Notes: generated by a model not told the origin, from the letters alone. A stretch of DNA of 64,000 bases from Candidatus Bipolaricaulota bacterium (GCA_030606565.1 JAUWGE010000001.1:87740-151739), one strand, 5' to 3'. Positions 20,358 through 31,204 are shown, counted from the first letter of the stretch. A program made the numbers and translations.

Positions 20358-21725
20358 TCACTTCCCCACGCAGAAGCGGGAGAAGATCCGGTCGAGAATA
20401 TCCTCGCTTACATCGATCCCCTGGAGCTCTCCAGCCACGGTATAGGCGGCGCGCAACTCCTCGGCGATCATATCCTGAGAACAACCGGTCCGGACAGCTT
20501 CGATCGCACGATCGAGAAGGGTCTTCGTGCGGCAGAGGAGATCCCGTTCCCAAGTATCAAGCAGGAGGATAGCGCCCCGGCTGGGAAGCTGCCCGCCGAG
20601 GAGGAGATCGAGAATCCCTTGTGTTAACCGATCTACCCCTTTGCCGCTCTTGGCCGATATCTCGTAGGTGCCAGCGCAGAAATCCGGCTCGATTGATCCT
20701 ATCTCCCGCGGAAGGTCGCACTTATTGAGAACCAAGATAGCCGGTATCTCCCAGTCGCTCTCTAAGAGACGCTGGTCCTCTTTTGTAAGCGGAACACTGC
20801 GATCGAGTATGAGAAGCAGGAGATCAGCACGCTCGATCGCTGCTCTCGCCCGCCGCACCCCTTCCTCCTCCAACAGGTCTGTCGGTTCGCGCAGCCCAGC
20901 GGTATCGATGAAACGGACTGGAACTCCTCCAATAGCCGCTTCCTCCTCTACCGTATCGCGGGTCGTGCCTGGGATTGGGGTAACGATCGCCCGCTCTTCG
21001 ACGAGGAGGGTGTTAAGCAGGGTTGATTTCCCCACATTCGGCCGGCCAATGATAGCGACCGTGAGTCCCTCGCGCACGATTCTACCCTGTTCTCCCTGAT
21101 TAAGAAGCATCACGATCCGATCGCAAAGCTCAGTTAATGCGGGAAGAGCATCCTCTGTTTCGGCCTCCACGTCTGGGAAGTCTATCTCCACCTCAACTTC
21201 AGCAAGAAGCCCTCCGATCCTCTCCCGGATAGCGGCTATCGCCTCAAAGAAGCGACCGCTCAACTGATCGATTGCCGCCTCCAGCCCGAGTTTCGTCCTT
21301 GCCCTCACAATCTCAAGGACGGCTTTAGCCTGGTCAAGCGAGATGCGACCGTTCAGAAACGCCCGCTTGGTGAACTCTCCCGCTTCTGCGAGTCGTGCTC
21401 CCTTCTCTAATACGAGGTCGAGTACAGCGCGTAAGGCGACGATCCCGCCATGACAGTTGATCTCCACCACGTCCTCGCGGGTGTAGGTGCGCGGAGCGCG
21501 CATCACCGAAATCAAGACTTCATCGATCTTCTCCCCTTGCGCGACGATGAACCCATAGTGAAGTGTATAGCTTGAAGCGTGAGAGAGGGGCACCCCCAAG
21601 CTGCCACTAGGATGGAAGATCGCCTCCGCGATCATGAGTGCCTGTGGACCGCTCATGCGGACGATCCCGATCCCGCCTTCTCCCAAGGGGGTAGAGATGG
21701 CAGCGATTGTATCTTCCTGCATCAC
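20358..21725 (-). CDS. mnmE: tRNA modification GTPase MnmE
   Basis: [27 protein letters not shown]-terminus. Confidence 0.97.
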   Translation of the reverse strand: MMQEDTIAAISTPLGEGGIGIVRMSGPQALMIAEAIFHPSGSLGVPLSHASSYTLHYGFIVAQGEKIDEVLISVMRAPRTYTREDVVEINCHGGIVALRAVLDLVLEKGARLAEAGEFTKRAFLNGRISLDQAKAVLEIVRARTKLGLEAAIDQLSGRFFEAIAAIRERIGGLLAEVEVEIDFPDVEAETEDALPALTELCDRIVMLLNQGEQGRIVREGLTVAIIGRPNVGKSTLLNTLLVEERAIVTPIPGTTRDTVEEEAAIGGVPVRFIDTAGLREPTDLLEEEGVRRARAAIERADLLLLILDRSVPLTKEDQRLLESDWEIPAILVLNKCDLPREIGSIEPDFCAGTYEISAKSGKGVDRLTQGILDLLLGGQLPSRGAILLLDTWERDLLCRTKTLLDRAIEAVRTGCSQDMIAEELRAAYTVAGELQGIDVSEDILDRIFSRFCVGK

Positions 21726-22189
21726 GCCCCGTCCGGTTCGATGACCACCCGCCGCTTTTCGCCTTGGCCAACGCTGTAGGTCTTCACACCCGGGAAGTTT
21801 GCGAGAGTGATGTGGATCGTCCGTCGCTCGTGGGCAGGCATCGGATTCAATCGGATCCTTTTGCGTTCTCGGCGGACAGATTCAGCAGTTGTGAGAGCAA
21901 AGCGGATCAGGTCGGCCCGCCTTCGCTTCATCGCCCCGTTAATATCCATGATGATCCCGCAGTCTTTTCCGGTCTTGTGACGCAGGTAGACACGCAGCAG
22001 GTGTTGAAGAGCAGTCAGAGTCGATCTTTCCTCCGGGAGGGAGAAGAGGCTCCCGGTGAGGTTTATGTAAAGTTCCTCGCAGGAATCTCCCTCGATCTCG
22101 AAGGTCGCCTCCTCCTCCAGAATGGCAAGGAGTTCCCGTAGGTAGGCCTCAATCTCCCTCTTGACCGTCTCCATCGCCCTCTTGGTCAT
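21722..22189 (-). CDS. jag: Jag/KhpB-like KH-R3H RNA-binding protein (short, no Jag_N domain)
   Basis: [12 protein letters not shown]3H motif; lies between yidC and mnmE. Confidence 0.8.
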   Translation of the reverse strand: MTKRAMETVKREIEAYLRELLAILEEEATFEIEGDSCEELYINLTGSLFSLPEERSTLTALQHLLRVYLRHKTGKDCGIIMDINGAMKRRRADLIRFALTTAESVRRERKRIRLNPMPAHERRTIHITLANFPGVKTYSVGQGEKRRVVIEPDGA

Positions 22190-23708
22190 CCTCGGCGGTC
22201 GCCGGGCTCTCCGCAGGAACAGTGACCGCTCCCCCCTCCGCTCGCGCCATCTCCCAGTTGACGAAGTACTGTTGCCCCACCTGAAGGAGCGTTGTTAGCA
22301 GGTAGTAGAGCCATAGTCCGGCTGGGAAGTTATACAGGAAGACAGCCATAAAGATTGGGAAGATATACCCCATGTATTTTTGGCTCCCGCCACGATCCCC
22401 GGTCGTCATCGGGGTCAGCTTCTGTTGAAGGATCATCACCAGGGTGGTGAGGATCACAAGGATGAAGTAAGGATCGCGCAGGCTAAGGTCGGAGAGCCAT
22501 AAAAACCCGGGGGAGAGGTGGATCTGCTCACCGGAGTAGAGGATGGCCTTCCACAGGAGGATGAGGATTGGAAGCTGGATGAACATGGGAAGACACCCTC
22601 CCATTGGGTTCACTCCTGCCCGCTTATACAGCTCCATTAGCTTCTGCTGCAGCAACTGTTTATCATCCTTAAACCGCTCCTGGATCCGCTTCATTTTCGG
22701 CTGCAGCTTCTGCATCTTGGCCATCGAGTGATACTGCTTGCGCATGAGCGGGAACAGGATCACACGCGTCAGGAGCGTAAACAGGATGATCGACCAGCCG
22801 TAGTTCCCGGTGTAGCGGTAGAGGAGGTCGAGGAACTGAATCACCGGGATCATCATCCGGGCTGCGCTTCCCGGAGCGTCGAGCTCTCCCAACCCAACAG
22901 CCTTCATCAGTAGGAATCGTCGACGCCCTCCATACAGGGAGAAGGAGTAGGAGGTAGAGCCCGGGCCAACGGATAGAGTAACGCCAAAGTGGCGATTTCC
23001 CGCGGAGGTCCGCTCCACAAACGGAGTGACACCAGAAACAGCGCTCGTCTTGAGGAAGAAAACCGTGGCCTTATCCATTAAACCAAGCCCGTCGAACGAG
23101 GCGTACGAGCCTTCTGCGAGGAGGCTCTCACCCGGATTGCCGTCGAACTGGTAGACAAGCGATGGCCCCTTCTTCTTTAATATGTAGTCACCTAGCGACA
23201 TCCGTAAGGTAAACTCCTGCTCCGTTTGGTTCTCTAAAGCCACCTCGACGTCGATTGTGTAATAAGGATCATTATGGACTGTGAAACGCTTGATAAGAGC
23301 AAATCCCCCCACTTCGCCTTGAAACTCGATGATCAACTTGTCAGGGGACGGTTGCTGGGGCTCAGAGAGGGTGTAAGTGCCCAGGGCGGCTTTTCCTTCC
23401 GTCTGGACAGAGAAGGGGAAGAGGGTGTCGGCAACGTACTGCCGTTCGAGGCTCTTGGGATCGGTCTTCGTTCCTTGGACGAGCTCGACCACTTTGGAGC
23501 CATAGGGGGCAAAGTTGAGATAGACACTTCGAAGTGTTCCGCCGTCTTCGGAGAAGACGTAGCTCGCCAGCGCGGTAGTGACCTCAATCTCCTTATAATC
23601 TCCACGCCCGTAGATCTGATAGGTCAACCCCTTCTGGGTTCCCCAAGCAACTCCTCCCATAGCAAGAAAGAGCAACAGTAGCGCCAAACATACAAGACCT
23701 TTACGCAC
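22149..23708 (-). CDS. yidC: Membrane protein insertase YidC
   Basis: NYGWSIILFT, NPMGGCLP, PAGLWLY; periplasmic domain. Confidence 0.95.
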   Translation of the reverse strand: MRKGLVCLALLLLFLAMGGVAWGTQKGLTYQIYGRGDYKEIEVTTALASYVFSEDGGTLRSVYLNFAPYGSKVVELVQGTKTDPKSLERQYVADTLFPFSVQTEGKAALGTYTLSEPQQPSPDKLIIEFQGEVGGFALIKRFTVHNDPYYTIDVEVALENQTEQEFTLRMSLGDYILKKKGPSLVYQFDGNPGESLLAEGSYASFDGLGLMDKATVFFLKTSAVSGVTPFVERTSAGNRHFGVTLSVGPGSTSYSFSLYGGRRRFLLMKAVGLGELDAPGSAARMMIPVIQFLDLLYRYTGNYGWSIILFTLLTRVILFPLMRKQYHSMAKMQKLQPKMKRIQERFKDDKQLLQQKLMELYKRAGVNPMGGCLPMFIQLPILILLWKAILYSGEQIHLSPGFLWLSDLSLRDPYFILVILTTLVMILQQKLTPMTTGDRGGSQKYMGYIFPIFMAVFLYNFPAGLWLYYLLTTLLQVGQQYFVNWEMARAEGGAVTVPAESPATAEDDQEGDGDGQEGD

Positions 23709-23799
23709 GATGACCTCCTTGCGATAGGGTATCTCAGGGTTTGGCCCTTTGCAACTTCGTTGATAACCATTTAAAAGTGCGGTACACTCCTTGGTGTCG

Positions 23800-24384
23800 A
23801 TGTTTACGGGGATTGTTCAGGGATTGGGCCTGCTTAAACAGCAATGGAGGAGCACCCTTAAGGTGGAGGTCCCTTCCGACTTTCGCGATCGGCTGGTCCT
23901 GGGAGGAAGCGTCGCCATCAATGGGGTATGCCTGACCGTTCACGAACTGACGAGCGAGGCCTTCCTCGCTGACCTCTCTCAGGAGACTGCCTCACGTACC
24001 ACTTTGGGCAGGTTGCAGGCGCACACACGAGTGAATTTGGAGCTCCCGGTGACCCCGGAAGGGAGCCTCGACGGCCATATTGTGCTCGGGCACGTCGATA
24101 CGGTCGGCCGGGTAAAGGCAATCGTCCGCGAGCGGGAGGGTCGGAACTTCACCTTCTCCTACCCCCCTGAATTTAGCCGGTATATGGTAGAGAAGGGCAC
24201 GGTGGCAGTGGACGGGATCAGTCTCACCCCGTTTCAAACGACCGGCGGGACCTTCCGCTGCGCGATAATCCCAAAGACGTTCAAAGCGACGAACCTGCAG
24301 GACCTTTCAGTGGGAGACCCAGTGAATATCGAGTTTGACATCCTGGCAAAGTATGCAGAGAGGATGATGAGACGTGTTCATTAG
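23800..24384 (+). CDS. ribE: Riboflavin synthase
   Basis: [22 protein letters not shown]. Confidence 0.95.
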   Translation: MFTGIVQGLGLLKQQWRSTLKVEVPSDFRDRLVLGGSVAINGVCLTVHELTSEAFLADLSQETASRTTLGRLQAHTRVNLELPVTPEGSLDGHIVLGHVDTVGRVKAIVREREGRNFTFSYPPEFSRYMVEKGTVAVDGISLTPFQTTGGTFRCAIIPKTFKATNLQDLSVGDPVNIEFDILAKYAERMMRRVH

Positions 24385-25573
24385 CATCGAGGAAGCGATA
24401 GAGCGGATTCGTGCCGGCGAGACGGTAATCTTGGTCGATGATGAGAACCGGGAGAACGAGGGGGACTTGGTGACAGCTGCGGAACATGTCACTGCACAGA
24501 CGGTCAACTTCATGGCCAAGTACGGCCGCGGATTGATATGCATGCCAATCGACCCCCTCCGTGCGCGGAAGCTCTCCCTTACTCCAATGAGTCCAGAGAA
24601 CACCGCTTTGCACGGCACGCGTTTTTCCGTGTCGGTAGACGCGAAAAATGGGATCACAACCGGGATATCCGCTCACGACCGCGCGCATACCATCCGTGTA
24701 GTTCTCGCCGATGAGACGCAGCAGGAGGATCTTGCTCGGCCCGGTCATATCTTCCCATTGATCGCCCGCGAGGGGGGGGTCCTGAAACGCGCTGGACATA
24801 CTGAGGCAGCGGTCGACCTAGCACGGATCGCCGGCCTCAAGCCAGCGGCGGTGATCTGCGAGATCTTAAACGACGACGGGACCATGGCCCGCCTCCCTCA
24901 ACTGGAAGCCTTCGCCGAGGAGCACAACCTCTCCATCGCCAGTATCGCCGACCTCATCGCCTATCGAAAGCGCCACGAGCGCTTAATCGAACGGGTAGCC
25001 ATCGCCGACCTTCCCACCAAATATGGAGACTTCAAGATCATCAGCTACACAAGTCGCATCGACGACTCGGAGCACGTCGCCCTGGTTAAGGGAGAGGTCG
25101 CAGGAAAGAAAGACGTGCTGGTCAGGGTCCATTCCGAGTGCCTTACCGGCGATGTACTGGGCTCGCTGCGCTGCGACTGCGGGGATCAGCTCCATCGGTC
25201 CCTTCAAATGATCGAGGAGGAGGGATGTGGGGTGCTCGTGTACATGCGCCAGGAGGGGCGAGGAATCGGCCTGAAGAACAAGGTCTGCGCCTACCACCTG
25301 CAAGATGAGGGGTTGGATACCGTGGAAGCAAATGAGCGGCTCGGTTTCGAGGCCGACCTGCGCGACTATGGAATCGGGGCGCAGATCCTGTCTGATCTGG
25401 GACTCTCCACGATCCGTCTTCTCACCAACAACCCCAAGAAGGTCGTTGGCCTATCCGGCTACGGCCTTAAGATTACACAGCAGGTCCCAATCGAGATCAC
25501 CCCGAACGAGCACAACCGCTACTACCTAAGAACGAAAAAAGAAAAACTCGGTCACCGCTTAACAAACGTTTAG
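24374..25573 (+). CDS. ribBA: DHBP synthase / GTP cyclohydrolase II
   Basis: [24 protein letters not shown]. Confidence 0.97.
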   Translation: MFISIEEAIERIRAGETVILVDDENRENEGDLVTAAEHVTAQTVNFMAKYGRGLICMPIDPLRARKLSLTPMSPENTALHGTRFSVSVDAKNGITTGISAHDRAHTIRVVLADETQQEDLARPGHIFPLIAREGGVLKRAGHTEAAVDLARIAGLKPAAVICEILNDDGTMARLPQLEAFAEEHNLSIASIADLIAYRKRHERLIERVAIADLPTKYGDFKIISYTSRIDDSEHVALVKGEVAGKKDVLVRVHSECLTGDVLGSLRCDCGDQLHRSLQMIEEEGCGVLVYMRQEGRGIGLKNKVCAYHLQDEGLDTVEANERLGFEADLRDYGIGAQILSDLGLSTIRLLTNNPKKVVGLSGYGLKITQQVPIEITPNEHNRYYLRTKKEKLGHRLTNV

Positions 25574-25626
25574 AATAACAAGGTATCGACCGCAAGAGGC
25601 GGTAAGTTGCAAAGGAGGGAGCAAAG

Positions 25627-26091
25627 ATGGGAAAGACGTTTGAAGGGAAACTCGATGGAAGTGGCCTGCGAGTGGGGATCATAGTCAGCCGGTTCAACGA
25701 CATGATCACCGAGCGGCTCCTTAAAGGAGCGCTTGACAGGCTACGGCGGTCGAACGTGCCGCAGGAGTCAACCGATGTCTGTTGGGTTCCAGGGGCGTTC
25801 GAGGTACCAAAGGCAGCCAAACACATGGCCACAACCGGTCGTTACGATGGAGTTATCGCGCTCGCTGCGGTGATCCGCGGGGCAACCCCGCACTTCGAGT
25901 ACATCTCAAGCGAAGTGATCAAGGGGCTAGCCCGGGTGAATCTGGACGTGGATATTCCCATCGCCTTCGGGGTGATCACCTCTGATACCATTGACCAGGC
26001 CATCGAACGGGCAGGGACGAAGCTCGGGAACAAGGGAGCGCAGGCCGCAGAGACGTTGATCGAAATGGTCAACGTCCTCAAGGAAGTCTAG
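25627..26091 (+). CDS. ribH: 6,7-dimethyl-8-ribityllumazine synthase
   Basis: VPGAFE, IRGATPHFEY, GNKG. Confidence 0.97.
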   Translation: MGKTFEGKLDGSGLRVGIIVSRFNDMITERLLKGALDRLRRSNVPQESTDVCWVPGAFEVPKAAKHMATTGRYDGVIALAAVIRGATPHFEYISSEVIKGLARVNLDVDIPIAFGVITSDTIDQAIERAGTKLGNKGAQAAETLIEMVNVLKEV

Positions 26092-27348
26092 ATGGCTTAC
26101 GAGTCGGTCCGGGGGATGCGCGATATCCTTCCGCAGGACATCGGTTACTGGACCCTTCTTGAGGATAAGGTGCGCGAGATCGCGCGACGTTTCAACTATC
26201 GCGAGATCCGGGTTCCACTTGTTGAACACACCGAGCTCTTCTCCCGCGGGATCGGCGAGGCTACCGATGTCGTCAACAAGGAGATGTACACCTTTCCCGA
26301 CAAGAAGGGGCACAGCTTGACCTTGAGGCCAGAGGCGACCGCCTCGGTCGTCCGCGCCTACGTTGAACACGGCCTCCACACGGTGGAGCCGTTCCAGAAG
26401 CTCTTCTACATCGGGCCGATGTTCCGCTACGAGAAGCCGCAGAAAGGGCGCAGCCGCCAGTTCCACCAATACGGGGTGGAGGCGATCGGCTCGCTCGACC
26501 CAGCCCTCGACGTTGAGGTCATCAACCTCGCCTGGGAGCTGATGGACTCACTCGGCCTCAAAGGCCTCTCGCTGCGATTAAACAGCATCGGCTGTGCGGC
26601 CGACCGAAAGCAATACAGACAGATCCTGCGTGACTACTTCGCCAAGCTGATTGGTACCATGTGCGAGGACTGCCAGCGCCGGTATGAGGAGAATCCGCTT
26701 CGCATCCTCGACTGTAAGAACGATCTATGTCAGCCACATATTAAAGACGCCCCAGGAAGCGCCGATCACCTGTGTAAGAGTTGCGCCGATCACTTTGCTC
26801 AGGTAGAAAACTACCTAAAAGAACTGGGCCTCTCTTACGAGATCGACTCGCGGCTCGTGCGCGGGCTCGACTACTACACGCGTACCGTTTTTGAACTTGT
26901 CTCGGTGGACCTAGGAGCGCAGGACGAGCTCCTCGGTGGTGGCCGCTACGACGGCCTGGTGGAGATGCTCGGCGGACCGCCCACCCCCGGTGTCGGTTTC
27001 GCTGGCGGGATGGAGCGGCTGATCCTCGTCCTTAAGGAGCGGATGGGTTCGCTCGATGATCGCCAGCGACTCGACCTGTTCCTCGCCACCCTGGGCGAAG
27101 AGGGGCGCTCCCTCGCCCTCGATCTCGCAAGAGATCTACGCCGGCAGGGGCTCTCAGTCGACCTTGACTACCGCGGACGGGCCCTACGTAAACAGATGGC
27201 GCAGGCGAACCAACTTGGGGCCCGATACCTCCTCGTCCTCGGAGATGATGAGACCGCCTCCAAGAAAGGGAAGTTAAAGGAGATGGATAGTGGAGGGGAG
27301 ACCGAGGTGATGCTTACCGTAGAAGAGATTGAGCGAGTAATTGAGTGA
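26092..27348 (+). CDS. hisS: Histidine--tRNA ligase
   Basis: LRPEAT, RQFHQ, VRGLDYY, GGGRYD. Confidence 0.97.
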   Translation: MAYESVRGMRDILPQDIGYWTLLEDKVREIARRFNYREIRVPLVEHTELFSRGIGEATDVVNKEMYTFPDKKGHSLTLRPEATASVVRAYVEHGLHTVEPFQKLFYIGPMFRYEKPQKGRSRQFHQYGVEAIGSLDPALDVEVINLAWELMDSLGLKGLSLRLNSIGCAADRKQYRQILRDYFAKLIGTMCEDCQRRYEENPLRILDCKNDLCQPHIKDAPGSADHLCKSCADHFAQVENYLKELGLSYEIDSRLVRGLDYYTRTVFELVSVDLGAQDELLGGGRYDGLVEMLGGPPTPGVGFAGGMERLILVLKERMGSLDDRQRLDLFLATLGEEGRSLALDLARDLRRQGLSVDLDYRGRALRKQMAQANQLGARYLLVLGDDETASKKGKLKEMDSGGETEVMLTVEEIERVIE

Positions 27349-27463
27349 CTTAGAGATTGAGTGAATTGCGAATTGAGTCATTGAGTGATTGAATCATCGG
27401 GGGATTGAATGGTTTAGCAGCTGCAAATCGCTAAGTCATTAAATCACTAAATCGTTCAATTAC
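27325..27463. repeat. Octamer (GATTGAGT-like) inverted array, same family as 1612-1739
   Basis: gattgagt...cattgagt gattgaat ... aatcgcta agtcatta aatcacta aatcgttc. Confidence 0.75.
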
Positions 27464-27477
27464 TTCGGGAGGATCTG

Positions 27478-27960
27478 ATGGAATTGCGAGTCGTTGAAAT
27501 CGAGAACCCGAATGAACTGAACTTCATCCTCGGGCAGACCCACTTCATAAAGACGGTGGAGGACTTACACGAGGTGCTGGTCACATCCCTACCCGGGATC
27601 AAGTTTGGGCTTGCCTTCTGCGAGTCCTCCGGCCCGGCCCTCATCCGCCGCTCCGGGACCGACGAGACACTCGTCAACCTCGCGGTAAAAAACGCTCAAA
27701 GCATCGGCGCTGGGCATACGTTCATCATCTTTTTGGACGGATCGTTCCCGATCAACGTCCTGAACGCGGTGAAGATGATCCCCGAGGTCTGCCACATCTA
27801 CTGTGCTACCGCCAATCCGGTGCAGGTGATCATCGCCGAGACCGAGCAAGGCCGTGGAATCCTCGGCGTCATCGATGGTGTCTCTCCCAAAGGCGTGGAG
27901 ACCGAGGTTGATATCGAAGATCGCAAGAACTTCCTACGCACGATCGGCTACAAGTTGTAG
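27478..27960 (+). CDS. Adenosine-specific kinase family protein (DUF355-like)
   Basis: [42 protein letters not shown] end. Confidence 0.88.
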   Translation: MELRVVEIENPNELNFILGQTHFIKTVEDLHEVLVTSLPGIKFGLAFCESSGPALIRRSGTDETLVNLAVKNAQSIGAGHTFIIFLDGSFPINVLNAVKMIPEVCHIYCATANPVQVIIAETEQGRGILGVIDGVSPKGVETEVDIEDRKNFLRTIGYKL

Positions 27961-27990
27961 AATAGGGTGTCCAGGGAGGTGAATGAGAGC

Positions 27991-28311
27991 ATGCAGGAAG
28001 GCGACTCTGACAGATTGAGTTTCACACTCGAAGATGCTCTGGAGACTCTGCGGGCACAGCTACCTGAGATCAATCAACGTTATGGTGTCAAGTTCTTGGG
28101 TATCTTCGGCTCTTTTGTGCGGGGGGAACAAGAGGGAAGAAGTGACCTGGACATCCTGGTGGAATTCCAATCTTCTCCCACGTTTTTCCGGTTCATCGAG
28201 ATGGAGGATTATCTCAGTCAGCTCCTGGGAGTTAGAGTTGATCTGGTCATGAAGAGTGCGCTGAAGCCGCGCATTGGCAAGCGCGTCCTCTCTGAGGTTG
28301 TGTCAGTATGA
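27991..28311 (+). CDS. MNT-family nucleotidyltransferase antitoxin
   Basis: GIFGSFVRGEQ...SDLDILVEF. Confidence 0.9.
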   Translation: MQEGDSDRLSFTLEDALETLRAQLPEINQRYGVKFLGIFGSFVRGEQEGRSDLDILVEFQSSPTFFRFIEMEDYLSQLLGVRVDLVMKSALKPRIGKRVLSEVVSV

Positions 28312-28676
28312 ACGTTGAGCGCATCTTCGAGGACTACTTGGAAGATATACTTGAATATGCTGAGAAGGCTCACCGCTTCTTGGAGGAAACTCCGACGGTT
28401 GATGACTTACAAAAGGATGAGCGAACTCTACTGGCAGTGGTGCGAGCGTTGGAAGTAATTGGTGAAGCTGCAAAACGCATCCCCAAGGATTTTCGGGATA
28501 GATACCCGCGCATTCCTTGGCGAGGGATGACCGGGATGCGAGACAAGGTGATCCATGAATACTTTGGGGTAGATGCAGCCGTGGTATGGCGAACCGTCAG
28601 GGAGGACCTGCCGCCTCTCCGTGAATCTATCGCCCAAGCCCTGTCCAACCTCAAGATGGAGCAAAGCGATAGCTAA
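28308..28676 (+). CDS. HepT/DUF86 HEPN ribonuclease toxin
   Basis: LEVIGEA, IPWR, MRDKVIHEY (RxxxxH). Confidence 0.9.
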   Translation: MNVERIFEDYLEDILEYAEKAHRFLEETPTVDDLQKDERTLLAVVRALEVIGEAAKRIPKDFRDRYPRIPWRGMTGMRDKVIHEYFGVDAAVVWRTVREDLPPLRESIAQALSNLKMEQSDS

Positions 28677-28689
28677 GCAGAAGCGGGCC

Positions 28690-28943
28690 GCGCTGGGTAC
28701 TTGTTCATCATCTTTTTGGACGGATCGTTCCCGATCAACGTCCTGCCCGCCATCAAGGCCGTCCCTGAGGTCTGCCACATATACTGTGCTACCGCCAATC
28801 CGGTGCAGGTGGTCGTCGCCGAGACCGAGCAGGGCCGCGGGATCCTCGGCATGATCGACGGCATCTCCCCCAAAGGGGTGGAAGAAGACGAAGACATCAA
28901 AAAGCGCAAACAGTTCTTGCGCACGATAGGATATAAGCTGTAG
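28690..28943 (+). pseudogene. Diverged in-frame 3' half of the adenosine-specific kinase gene (copy 2)
   Basis: FIIFLDGSFPINVL...FLRTIGYKL*; 28703-28745 is identical to 27720-27762. Confidence 0.9.
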
Positions 28944-29084
28944 CAACAAGAGTGGTTCGCCGATGGAGAACGTGTCAACCTGTGGAGAATGTGAGAAGGA
29001 AACAAGGCACCGCCGGTGGGTCTTGATCAAGCACAAAAGGCAGGCTTCGGCCCCGAAGCATGCGTTACCAAAAGGAGGTACGCA

Positions 29085-30215
29085 TTGGCTACAGGTGTTT
29101 TTCTCATACGTGATAATGATGAACTGGTTGAGATGACAGAGGAACCGTATGACTCTGAAGATCGTTTACAGGAGTTCCTTGCAAAATACCCTAATCTGCT
29201 TGCTGGTGACCAGGTAGGAAGCGAGCAACCCCGCCGCTGGTTACTGATCACTCGCGAGATGTCACTACCAGATGGTGACAGTTTTGGTGGGCGATGGTCG
29301 GTCGATCACCTCTTTCTAGACCAGGACGGGATTCCAACTCTTATTGAGGTGAAACGTGGTTCAGACACGCGTATTCGCCGGGAGGTTATCGGCCAACTCC
29401 TGGAGTACGCGGCCAACGCGGTAGTCTATTGGCCGGTAGAGAAGATCAGGGATCAGTTCGAAGCTACTTGCGAGCAGGACAAAAGCGAGTCTCAATTGGT
29501 TCTTACCGAGTTCCTTGGGCCAGAGAGAGACACAGACTCGTTTTGGCAACAGGTCAAGACGAACCTTCAAGCGGGTCGATTGCGGCTGATCATCGTTGCC
29601 GATGAGATACCACGTGAGCTCCGGCGCATCATCGAGTTCCTCAACGAGCAGATGGATCCAGCCGATTTTCTAGCTATCGAGATCAAGCAGTACGTGGGAG
29701 CGAAGCTTCGGACCCTTGTGCCTAGAGTTATCGGCATTGCAGAGAAAAAGCGCCCGCCTGTTCGTGAGCATCGATCATGGGACAAGGTGTCGTTCTTTGA
29801 CGAACTACGCAAGAATCACGGGGACAAGATATGTCAGGTGGCAAGGGCCGTTCTCGACTGGTCGGAAGAACACAACCTATCACTATGGTGGGGGAAGGGC
29901 AAGCAAACCGGGTACGTGATTCCCGTCCTCAAGCATGAGGGTAAGGAGTTCAGGTTTTTGTCACTGACCACGGGTGGTCATGTTCAGATTCCGTTTGGCC
30001 AGATCAGTAGTCGCCCACCATTTGACGAAGAAGGGAACCGTACGGAGCTGCTTGTTCAATTGAACACGATATCAGGCGTACAACTGATGAGCGATGCTAT
30101 CCATAAATACCCTACATTTGGCATGGATTTATTGGCAACTGAAGAGGCTCTCGACCGATTCCTAAGGACCATTGATTGGGCAATTGAAACAGCAAAAGCA
30201 GGAAGAACAAGCTGA
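29085..30215 (+). CDS. PD-(D/E)xK nuclease-domain protein (NucS-like N-terminus)
   Basis: SEDRLQ, VDHLFLD..G.PTLIEVKR, QLLEY; TTG start after AGGAGG. Confidence 0.7.
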   Translation: MATGVFLIRDNDELVEMTEEPYDSEDRLQEFLAKYPNLLAGDQVGSEQPRRWLLITREMSLPDGDSFGGRWSVDHLFLDQDGIPTLIEVKRGSDTRIRREVIGQLLEYAANAVVYWPVEKIRDQFEATCEQDKSESQLVLTEFLGPERDTDSFWQQVKTNLQAGRLRLIIVADEIPRELRRIIEFLNEQMDPADFLAIEIKQYVGAKLRTLVPRVIGIAEKKRPPVREHRSWDKVSFFDELRKNHGDKICQVARAVLDWSEEHNLSLWWGKGKQTGYVIPVLKHEGKEFRFLSLTTGGHVQIPFGQISSRPPFDEEGNRTELLVQLNTISGVQLMSDAIHKYPTFGMDLLATEEALDRFLRTIDWAIETAKAGRTS

Positions 30216-30366
30216 GCGTGACCGACAGGTAGCAATGTTAGTAGCGAGGATGCTTGCCGTGACGATGGGGGCAAACCTTGCCTTTTGACATTCTTCCACG
30301 GCCGATTCGCAATATGCGAGCCGCGCTTCGCTGGTCCCACGTTCTGTCCCAGATCGCAGGGTAGGG

Positions 30367-30520
30367 TACCGCCAATCCCGTGCAGGTGATCGTCGCTGAG
30401 ACCGAGCAAGGCCGCGGCATCCTCGGCGTCATTGATGGTGTCTCTCCCAAAGGGATAGAGACCGAAGCCGATGTCACAAAGCGCAAACAGTTCCTGAGAA
30501 CGATTGGGTATAAACTGTAG
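30367..30520 (+). pseudogene. Diverged in-frame 3' third of the adenosine-specific kinase gene (copy 3)
   Basis: Manual translation [50 protein letters not shown]. Confidence 0.9.
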
Positions 30521-30548
30521 ACGCATAGGTTTGTTGGCTGGGCTTCAT

Positions 30549-30779
30549 CTACCCAACCTGCAAGAACTCTTCCAGATTAAGGCCTACATCCTTTGCAACC
30601 TGGCGCAGCAAGACAGGTGAGATGTCTCTGCCTTTGTGGAAAGGTATGGTTGTGCATCTTCCATCCGGATGTCGGAACTGTTTGTGTGACCCCCGTTGAC
30701 GAACCTCGACGAAGCCCAGCTTGAGCAATATTGAGACAACATCCTGCGGTTTCAGAATTGGTGCCTTGCTCATGTTCAA
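30549..30779 (-). CDS. hicA: HicA-family toxin
   Basis: LGFVEVRQRGSHKQFRHPDGR.TTIPFH. Confidence 0.9.
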   Translation of the reverse strand: MNMSKAPILKPQDVVSILLKLGFVEVRQRGSHKQFRHPDGRCTTIPFHKGRDISPVLLRQVAKDVGLNLEEFLQVG

Positions 30780-30985
30780 GCAACCACTACATTTTGTATC
30801 CCAATGAATTCAGTCTCGAGTTTCGGTTCGCCATCCTCGAGGAGCATTGCGATGACTTCTCTAAGATTTGCATTCAATTCGTCGAGAGTCTCTCCTTGCG
30901 AATGGGCCCCAGGAAAACCTGGTACGTATCCAACGTACAAACCCGTTTCAGGGCACCTTTCCACAACTGCTTGATACCTTTTCAT
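30776..30985 (-). CDS. hicB: HicB-family antitoxin (short form)
   Basis: YVGYVPGFPGAHSQGETLDE. Confidence 0.9.
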   Translation of the reverse strand: MKRYQAVVERCPETGLYVGYVPGFPGAHSQGETLDELNANLREVIAMLLEDGEPKLETEFIGIQNVVVA

Positions 30986-31204
30986 CGCGATCAGCCTCCG
31001 GTTTCAGTAAACGGTGCGCCTATTAATAAGTATACAGGAACAGGCGTTCATTGCAGAAAGCGAGAGAATCACGAGAGCTGATTGGGGGTTGAGATCTTTC
31101 GGGGGATTACGAGGATAGTACTTCGCCCTTCGGGTTCTGGCAAACGTGATATTGCTGCCAGCCTTCTGTAGAGCCCTAGGATGCAGCAGACAAAGAAGCC
31201 AAAA

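Noticed and set aside
28701-28943. Independent 80-aa gene from TTG
   Set aside because: No RBS, and it is only the C-terminal half of the upstream protein; treated as a displaced fragment.
28428-29036. Minus-strand ORFs 28428-29036, 30056-30526 and 27589-27849 that resemble one another
   Set aside because: They are antisense shadows of the repeated kinase 3' ends.
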